This document shows positions 57,560 to 64,000 of a stretch of DNA of 64,000 nucleotides, piece after piece (the stretch's first letter is position 1; each line of letters begins with the position of its first letter). This stretch comes from Candidatus Iainarchaeum sp. (lineage in GTDB: Archaea > Iainarchaeota > Iainarchaeia > Iainarchaeales > GCA-2688035), in assembly GCA_017610205.1 (NCBI GenBank), contig JAFCCL010000001.1, positions 122,805 to 186,804 on the forward strand. Reading direction: 5' to 3'. Below the pieces are notes generated by a model. It did no database searches. It saw only the letters and a program-made list of their open reading frames with translations, and had not been told where the DNA came from. The position numbers and the translations under genes are program-made.

Positions 57560-57685
57560 ATGGGAATGGGAACATTTTTACAGCAAAATAAGACAAAAAA
57601 CCAATTGGTAGAAACAAACAGATTATTGAAAGAGCAAAACCAATTGCTAAAAGAAATCAAGGAATTACTGGAAAGAAGACAATAG
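57560..57685 (+). CDS. Small coiled-coil protein (41 aa)
   Basis: GGAGG RBS within the integrase 3' end; heptad-like LLKEQNQLLKEIKELLE. Confidence 0.5.
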   Translation: MGMGTFLQQNKTKNQLVETNRLLKEQNQLLKEIKELLERRQ

Positions 57686-57727
57686 AATTTTAATAGGGTT
57701 TTTGAGTATTCAACTAGTAGGCACACT

Positions 57728-58468
57728 GTGGCGAATATGGTTAGAGGTAATGAGGCAATGGAAAGCAAGCAAAAACCCGACAAAGCAGAACATAATGATG
57801 GTCTTTGTATAGACTGGTCTAAATGCAAGTATAAGTCTGTGAGGAGTTGCTCACTTTCGTTTTATGCAAGAAATTTAGAGATTAAACTAAGCGAAAATCA
57901 TTTTTTGTCTTTTAGCGAAGAACTAAAAAAATTTTATCAGAGTTATTTAGAAGAAATGAAAAAGTCAATCAAGCAGTGTTGTAAAAATGACAAGCCGCCT
58001 TCACCCGGTGACCGAAAGAAAAATACTCAAATATTTACCAAGGCCCTGATAGGTCTAATATCGGATGTTATTGACGTTCCAAAAGACGAGATAATATCAG
58101 AAAAGCGCGTAACATTTATGGATAAGAGAAAACTAGAGAAACCAATAGACCTCTACATACCTAAAATAAATACTTTTATTGAAATAAAATATGTCTTAGA
58201 CTTCAATCATGTTGGTTCGGCTCTATTTGAAGCAATTCTCTGCAAAAAGTTGAAAAATATAAGGTTCCTAGTAGTCGGATGGTATGATTCCGCGCAAGAA
58301 AGAAAAGATTGCTTTGCTTATAACGAAATACTAGATAACGAAAAACTACCGGAGCTAAAGAACTACATAGACGGAATATTTGCACTAAACCCGAAATATG
58401 GAACAAAGCAAGCTGAAAAGTTTGTATCCAAACTAAAGGAGTATGCCAAGGGCCAAGCAGTTGTCTAA
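57728..58468 (+). CDS. Putative PD-(D/E)xK nuclease
   Basis: E...PIDLYIPKINTFIEIKY. Confidence 0.6.
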   Translation: MANMVRGNEAMESKQKPDKAEHNDGLCIDWSKCKYKSVRSCSLSFYARNLEIKLSENHFLSFSEELKKFYQSYLEEMKKSIKQCCKNDKPPSPGDRKKNTQIFTKALIGLISDVIDVPKDEIISEKRVTFMDKRKLEKPIDLYIPKINTFIEIKYVLDFNHVGSALFEAILCKKLKNIRFLVVGWYDSAQERKDCFAYNEILDNEKLPELKNYIDGIFALNPKYGTKQAEKFVSKLKEYAKGQAVV

Positions 58469-58470
58469 TC

Positions 58471-58626
58471 TTATAACTGAATTTTGTTCAACCTGACGAT
58501 TGCTTCAATCAACCCTTGCTCCAGCTTATTCAATTTACCTTCAAGGTTTTCAATTCGCTCACTCAAATTGTAAAAGCTTCTCTGCGGTGAATTAGTGCTA
58601 AACCCTATCTTTGTCAAGTCCCTCAT
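58471..58626 (-). CDS. Small coiled-coil protein
   Basis: ATG at 58626 after GGAGGG; SERIENLEGKLNKLEQGL. Confidence 0.45.
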   Translation of the reverse strand: MRDLTKIGFSTNSPQRSFYNLSERIENLEGKLNKLEQGLIEAIVRLNKIQL

Positions 58627-58998
58627 CCTTCCTTCCCTCCAAAATTTTTTCCAACTGCTGTAGCGCAAAAACAAAGGCTTTCCCGTGCACCTGTTCAAAG
58701 TGCCGCAAGTTTCGATAACGCACAACTAACAGCACCCCCTTCTCCTTTCTTGCCCTTTTCTTTCAATTCCTTCCACTGCTTATATTTTTCAAGCAGATAA
58801 CACAGTGGGGCAGCGTTGTCCTTTTTGAACTCCTCAAGCTTTGGAGCACACCCTACCTGCAAAATTGTCTGGATTCCATCCACAATCAACCACCTCAAAC
58901 AGAAACCTGTTCCCAGCGTTTAAATAGGTTTTGTGAAAAAATTAAGCAGAAAGCATTGCAAGCTTTATTTAAAAATAGTTTCAAATAGGCTTATTCTT

Positions 58999-60381
58999 AT
59001 GGCTAAGGAAGAAAGAAACTGGCATCCAAATTTCAAAAAATACATGGAAAAAATAATACAACATCCTAACTACACAGGAATGCCCGAAATTCACAAAAAA
59101 GATGGTTCTATCCTATGGATTACTGCAGGCAAAGGCAGAATAGGCAAAGAACGCACTAAATGGTGGGACAAAAAAAGAGAAGAGCTAGGAATAGATAAAA
59201 AAATCAAATGGATATCAGAAACAGCAAAAAAAAATCATCCAACCGGGAGAAAACCTTGCCAAATCTGTGGCGAGGAAATGGAATTGGCTTATGTTTATCC
59301 ATACGTAGGCGTTCTCGCAAAAATTAATGCAATTCCAAAAATAAATGGTTTTTTTGATGTATATTATTCCATTAATGATATAATCAAAGAAGGTGCAAAG
59401 CTTGGAGGAGAAGAATTCTTCAAGGAACTGAGGAAAATATTTAAAATTCCTGCAAAAGTTAAGGATTCTGTTGAAGCATTTCAATCTTATATAACCGAAA
59501 ATTGTAAAACCAAGCTCAGTCCAGGTGCAATGAGCAACGCTCCAGACAGGCTTGATGGCTTTCACACTTACAATAAATGTTGCAGAGCAACGCATGACAC
59601 TGGAAGACATAAGTCTAACCTGCAACGTTATGTCCAAGACAGAAGAGCATATGAAAACTGGGCCGAAGGAGATTGGAAAGCCGCTGAAAGGCTGATGGGA
59701 GAATTCCATAAACATGGTTTAAGCGCTGACCATATAGGGCCCATATCGCTTGGCTTCTGTCACCGAGCAAAGTTCCAGCCTATGAGTAGAGAAGCAAACT
59801 CTGCTAAAAACAATCGCATGTCATTGAACGATGTTCAAATCCTTCTTGCAGACGAAGCAAAAGGCCAAAAGGTTGTTTCATGGCACTCCAAATTCGTTTG
59901 GGATGCATTGAAAAGTAGAGTGAAAACAGATGCGCAAGCCAAACTTGTGAGCAGGCTAATGAGAAAAAATCTTCATCACGTGCTCAGCATTTTTGCAAAA
60001 ATAAATGCCGAGGACGGGAAAGAATTCCTAATTAGGAACTTTCTACACCCAGAACATTCCTATTATGATGTAAAGTTCACTGGATTTAATCCAGAAACAG
60101 GCGGGTTTGAAAAGATGAAAAAAATCGAGGGCGATAAGAAGCAATACAAAAATAATGTTCAACGGTACATTCGCATATCGTTTGAATCACTGGGCCATTA
60201 TATTGACAAAGACAATCGTGTCGTTAGCAGCTGGAACAATCTTAAAGTGGATGAGGTGCTTTCAAAAGCAGTGGCTTCATTGAAAGCAGGGAATGAAGAT
60301 ACTTGCAAGGAAAACCTTTCAAATACACTGAAACTATTAGCGGAAGATGCAGTGAAAGAATTTGAATCAGAACAAGTATGA
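58999..60381 (+). CDS. Type IIS restriction endonuclease, Alw26I/Eco31I/Esp3I family (HNH)
   Basis: WHPNFKKYME.I..HPNY.GMP, SPGAMSNAPDRLDGFHTYN.CCR, ADHIGPISLGF.H...NSAKNN. Confidence 0.92.
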   Translation: MAKEERNWHPNFKKYMEKIIQHPNYTGMPEIHKKDGSILWITAGKGRIGKERTKWWDKKREELGIDKKIKWISETAKKNHPTGRKPCQICGEEMELAYVYPYVGVLAKINAIPKINGFFDVYYSINDIIKEGAKLGGEEFFKELRKIFKIPAKVKDSVEAFQSYITENCKTKLSPGAMSNAPDRLDGFHTYNKCCRATHDTGRHKSNLQRYVQDRRAYENWAEGDWKAAERLMGEFHKHGLSADHIGPISLGFCHRAKFQPMSREANSAKNNRMSLNDVQILLADEAKGQKVVSWHSKFVWDALKSRVKTDAQAKLVSRLMRKNLHHVLSIFAKINAEDGKEFLIRNFLHPEHSYYDVKFTGFNPETGGFEKMKKIEGDKKQYKNNVQRYIRISFESLGHYIDKDNRVVSSWNNLKVDEVLSKAVASLKAGNEDTCKENLSNTLKLLAEDAVKEFESEQV

Positions 60382-61542
60382 GGGCAGCTTCTTTTTAATA
60401 CACACTTCATAAAATTGAGCAAACGTCTTTTTTCCCATCAGAAATTCTTGGTAAGGAGAATAAAGCTCGCCGTCAAACAAAACTTCCATTTCGCCACTGT
60501 TTGGCTTTAAAGCAGGCAAGCCGTAAATAGCATCCTTGACTGTTATAAATGAAGGCAAACCATCAGAGCCATCAGAAAATAGTGGCTTAGGTGAAGCCAA
60601 CTTTGTTTCAGTTCTAAACCCAGTAATGAAAACTCTTCTCCTCCTCTGAGGAACACCATATTCTTCAGCCTTAAGTTTCCAAGGCTCATTAACATGATAA
60701 CCAATGCCCTCAAAAGCCTCAACTATTTCTTTAAGAGCTGCTCCTTTTCTCATAGAAAGTATGCCTGGAACATTTTCCATCACAAAAGCTTCAGGTTTTA
60801 TTTTTTTGACTAAGTCAACAAAGTGAACAAAAAGGTCATTGCGTGCATCCTTTGGATTCCTCCAACCAGCATGAGAAAATCCTTGGCAGGGTGGACCTCC
60901 AACCACTACACCAATTTTGTATTTTTTTGCTAGACTGGAAAGTCTTTCTTTATTTTTATTTTCGCGAATATCGCCTAGTATACAGAAAGCAGGATCTATT
61001 TCAGGATTGTTTTTGAGGAATGTTTCAAAAAAGCGTTTTTCTATTTCAATGGCTCCAACAACATCAAAGCCCGCTAGTTTAAATCCTTCAGAAAAACCAC
61101 CTGCACCGGAAAAAAGGTCGATTGTTTTGTCGCTATTAACATGCTTCTTGACTTCTGTTGCAACTGCTCTTGCTAAGAGTGGAGGAACAGCATTGCCTAT
61201 TTGTTTAAACTGTGAAGTTTTTGCGCCATGAAAAATGAAATTGTCTTTGAATGATTGCAGTCTTGCACCTTCTCTTAGAGAAATAAGTCTGTTTTGGGAA
61301 GGGTGTATATGGCAACCGTTTCCAATTCTGTTAAAGTATGTTGAAATAGTGTAACTTGGTTTGTCATATCGTAAACGACCATAATAAGTGGTTCTGCCAC
61401 CGCTTTCTCTTATTTGCTTTAAACGTTGTGAAGGAATGTGCGGAGGGATGCTTGCCCAATTTCCCCCCGGCGGGATGTGGTTAACCATCTGCATTTCTAA
61501 TTGGCTAAAGCCGGGCGTTATATGGTTATGTAGTTTTCTCAT
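60367..61542 (-). CDS. Circularly permuted DNA (cytosine-5) methyltransferase
   Basis: Motifs IX-X (REGARLQSF, QIGNAVPP) precede I (DLFSGAGG), IV (GPPCQGFS), VI (ENV) and VIII (PQRRRR). Confidence 0.93.
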   Translation of the reverse strand: MRKLHNHITPGFSQLEMQMVNHIPPGGNWASIPPHIPSQRLKQIRESGGRTTYYGRLRYDKPSYTISTYFNRIGNGCHIHPSQNRLISLREGARLQSFKDNFIFHGAKTSQFKQIGNAVPPLLARAVATEVKKHVNSDKTIDLFSGAGGFSEGFKLAGFDVVGAIEIEKRFFETFLKNNPEIDPAFCILGDIRENKNKERLSSLAKKYKIGVVVGGPPCQGFSHAGWRNPKDARNDLFVHFVDLVKKIKPEAFVMENVPGILSMRKGAALKEIVEAFEGIGYHVNEPWKLKAEEYGVPQRRRRVFITGFRTETKLASPKPLFSDGSDGLPSFITVKDAIYGLPALKPNSGEMEVLFDGELYSPYQEFLMGKKTFAQFYEVCIKKKLPSYLF

Positions 61543-63493
61543 TGTAAAACAGCCTAATATAGTTAATTTCTCTAGAATTTAAACCATACTGTTTGAAAAT
61601 CTCTTCCTCAAGTTTTTCATTATTTTTTGCATCTAAAAGCCCTTTTTGCGGGAGGATGATGGGCAATTCTCCTAGTTCGTAGTTACTTATATGATTGTTG
61701 TAGTTTGATATTTTGAATCGCCAGTTCAATAATTTTGAGTTCAACAGCTTTACGAGAACCTCGTTAGAGATTCTTTTATCTTCACTCAAAAGGTAATTGC
61801 AAGAATTTGCAACAATAGTACTTTCTGGCACCATTCTAAAATTTAGTTTTTTAACTAAATCCACGTTAGCAATTTGCTGGCCGGCAATTCTCTCCTTTTG
61901 GATGTCCTCTATTTTGTTTGAACTGACTTTAGTTAGAAAGTTTTTTTGAACGAAAGCTTTTTTCGCAGTGCTTTTTATATCTTTTCCTCTAACCAAAGAC
62001 AGGAGCGTTTCTCTCTCCGTTATATACTTTTTGTCCTGAGTTAGGTCTAATTCGCCTCGTTTGTTTCTGATTAGCGTAAATTCTTTTAGTTTTTTGAAAG
62101 AGTTGAGCTTTTTTAGAACAGACCATCCAACTGAATCTAACAACGGTATTTCTAATTTTGAGAAATTTTCTTTTATGTCGTTTATGTCAATCAGAACCTT
62201 TTCATCGTTTTTATTATGAAGTATTGATTCCATTTTACTTGTTTTCTCACCCTTTTTTACTTGAATTATCACTAATGATTGATTAACATTTTGAAAAAGC
62301 TGATTCTGTTCTTTGAAAAAATGCACTTTACTCAAATTACATTCAAGCAAAAGAGCTTTTCTTAAATCATAGGCACTGGAATCCCCTAGTAAAGTTGAAG
62401 GTATTATGGCTCCAATTGAACCTTGACTATTTGTTATCTTCAAGGCAATTTCTAAAAACAAACGATAATAGTTCAACATTCCTTTAGCTGAAAGAGGATA
62501 TAGCTTTGAATTGTGAATAAAATTCTTTTCCTCTTCTACTCTATCCTTTTCCTGTTGATAAATTTCATTCAAGATTTTGGGCGAAATTTCTTTTGTTGAT
62601 GCCGTGAAAAAATCACTTCTGTTTATTTTCAAAACTTTGTAAGGAGGATTCATAACAACCGCGTCAAATCCGCCTTGATTTTCAAAAACGTTTTTGAACG
62701 CGCTAAAGAAAGAGAATCGCTTTTTAGGGGATTTGCTTAAACCATAAATAGCGTTCCCAACAACTATCTGCTTCTGCAACTTCTTTATAGCCTCTAATCT
62801 TTGTTCTTTGGGAAATTCGTTTGCAAGTCTTAGGATTGTTATATCAACGGAAATAGAATCAATATCAGTACCATACAAGTTATTCAAAGCTTTGTCTTTA
62901 TCTTTTGCTAAAGCCAGACAGGAAAGGAGGAAACGGCCAGTACCACAACCTAAGTCAATCACTTTGTTGTTCTCCACATCCTCCACAGTTTCACTACAAA
63001 TAAGATTAGAAATTTCTTTTGGAGTAAAAAATAGACCTTTTCCTTTTAGTCCTGTTTTCTTTTTCTTAATCTTTCCATTCTCAAAAAACTTTGAGTTAAA
63101 CCATTGCTGTTGTTCAACCAGCGTATCCAAAACATTAGAAAAGTGGTTTTTAGTTTTTTTCTCAAGTTTATCTACAAGGAGTGAAGTAGAAGAAGAATCA
63201 AAGGTATTGAAGAGCCCTTCCTTTTTAACAAAATTCTCAAACTCAGAATATGTTTTAAATTCCATATTCCAGCTATTAAACCACCGATAAATCAAAAATT
63301 TTACAATAGTTTCATGCACCCTTCTATGCGATTCCTTAAATTTTGCTAGAATAGGCTCTTGTAAAAGCTCTTCCTGTTCCAGAGATTCTAATAACTGCAA
63401 ATCCTCAACCACCGTATTATAGATGGAAATACCGCTTTTAAATCTATCAAGAGAGAGGGTTTCCGGTGAAATATTAAAAAGTGCGGCAGTCAT
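61526..63493 (-). CDS. DNA N6-adenine methyltransferase of the Alw26I/Eco31I/Esp3I system
   Basis: FFTPKE, DLGCGTGRFL, MNPPY, SNYNNHISNYEL; ATG at 63493 overlaps the upstream TGA. Confidence 0.9.
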   Translation of the reverse strand: MTAALFNISPETLSLDRFKSGISIYNTVVEDLQLLESLEQEELLQEPILAKFKESHRRVHETIVKFLIYRWFNSWNMEFKTYSEFENFVKKEGLFNTFDSSSTSLLVDKLEKKTKNHFSNVLDTLVEQQQWFNSKFFENGKIKKKKTGLKGKGLFFTPKEISNLICSETVEDVENNKVIDLGCGTGRFLLSCLALAKDKDKALNNLYGTDIDSISVDITILRLANEFPKEQRLEAIKKLQKQIVVGNAIYGLSKSPKKRFSFFSAFKNVFENQGGFDAVVMNPPYKVLKINRSDFFTASTKEISPKILNEIYQQEKDRVEEEKNFIHNSKLYPLSAKGMLNYYRLFLEIALKITNSQGSIGAIIPSTLLGDSSAYDLRKALLLECNLSKVHFFKEQNQLFQNVNQSLVIIQVKKGEKTSKMESILHNKNDEKVLIDINDIKENFSKLEIPLLDSVGWSVLKKLNSFKKLKEFTLIRNKRGELDLTQDKKYITERETLLSLVRGKDIKSTAKKAFVQKNFLTKVSSNKIEDIQKERIAGQQIANVDLVKKLNFRMVPESTIVANSCNYLLSEDKRISNEVLVKLLNSKLLNWRFKISNYNNHISNYELGELPIILPQKGLLDAKNNEKLEEEIFKQYGLNSREINYIRLFYNEKTT

Positions 63494-63699
63494 CTGACCA
63501 CCGCTAAAATCTTTGTTTTTTCCCTGTTTACTTCTTCTTCGAGAAGTTGATTGAGTTTGGCTGCAAGCTCTGCCTTGCATTCAACTAAGTCGTCTGACTC
63601 GTCAAGCTCAACAGAAGCTCCGAGGCAGATACCTTTAGTTTCGTAGTTCCCAAGATTCACTTTCTGGGAAAGGTTCATGGAAAGGCTTCTCACATTCAT
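63490..63699 (-). CDS. Small virus/plasmid-type protein (KVNLGNYE motif)
   Basis: ATGA overlaps on both sides. Confidence 0.7.
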   Translation of the reverse strand: MNVRSLSMNLSQKVNLGNYETKGICLGASVELDESDDLVECKAELAAKLNQLLEEEVNREKTKILAVVR

Positions 63700-63803
63700 C
63701 TTTTCATCCCCTTCAAAATCTGGTCAAAGGTAAAACCCTGACTAAAAGGGTTACCTTTGTTGGACACCTGTGTATCCGAATGACTAATTCTTGAAAACCT
63801 CAT
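63696..63803 (-). CDS. 35-aa leader protein MRFSRISHSDTQVSNKGNPFSQGFTFDQILKGMKR
   Basis: Not in the track; strong GGAGGTGA RBS; TGA overlaps the next ATG. Confidence 0.55.
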   Translation of the reverse strand: MRFSRISHSDTQVSNKGNPFSQGFTFDQILKGMKR

Positions 63804-64000
63804 TTGCAAATCACCTCCAGCGTTTAAACGAAGTTTTTTCTGAAAGCGTCTTGCGGGTTTTGAACGTATTAAAACCCTAAAGGCAACAGCCGTCCCTCTA
63901 ACAAGAGGGTTAGGGTTTAAACGGGCAAAAACCGAGCTGTAAGAAAAAACTGAGTAAGCTGGAGGTGTGGGAAAATGAAGGGGAAAAATTTCGGAATTAA

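Larger units (their letters stand above)
56294..64000. mobile_element. Integrated element at tRNA-Ser (extends beyond the window)
   Basis: Tyrosine integrase directly 3' of the tRNA, then small ORFs, a nuclease and an R-M system; second att site not in the window. Confidence 0.8.

Noticed and set aside
58695-58898. 67-aa minus-strand ORF in the island
   Set aside because: TTG start with no recognisable motif; it may be real but cannot be supported from sequence alone.
60367-61542. Permuted m5C methyltransferase as a novelty
   Set aside because: Already described for the Alw26I/Eco31I/Esp3I family.
1-64000. Genome-wide TAG or TGA reassignment
   Set aside because: Both codons end conserved genes at their expected C-termini (aglB, R15P isomerase, tbp, ftsZ).

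Overview
AT-rich archaeal chromosomal segment, most likely a DPANN archaeon of the Iainarchaeota/Diapherotrites type. This is inferred from gene content and style, not from a database search. Core genes: an N-glycosylation operon (aglB, aglH, split alg14/alg13, GT2, methyltransferase), uL16, a solitary 5S rRNA, TBP, eL21-rpo4-DUF655-ksgA, and a nucleotide cluster (AMP phosphorylase, bacterial-type pyrBC plus pyrDEFK, rpe, R15P isomerase). These are followed by ftsZ-secE-spt5-uL11-uL1-uL10-P1, a Lon-like protease, Smc, eL42, an intein-containing HerA-like ATPase, 4 tRNAs, an ABC exporter, a MazEF-type pair and guaAB. From about 56.3 kb an integrase-bearing element at tRNA-Ser carries an Alw26I/Eco31I/Esp3I-family R-M system. 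Main findings: (1) a condensin-type Smc whose hinge appears replaced by a Rad50-style CPVC zinc hook at the protein midpoint; (2) a dispersed set of very basic orphan proteins, including a minimal kinase-like one, some translationally coupled inside the pyr operon; (3) several accessory genes broken by single-base events. Two are frameshifts on canonical -1 slippery heptamers. The others are TGG-to-stop changes, one of which removes a toxin start codon and truncates its antitoxin at once.
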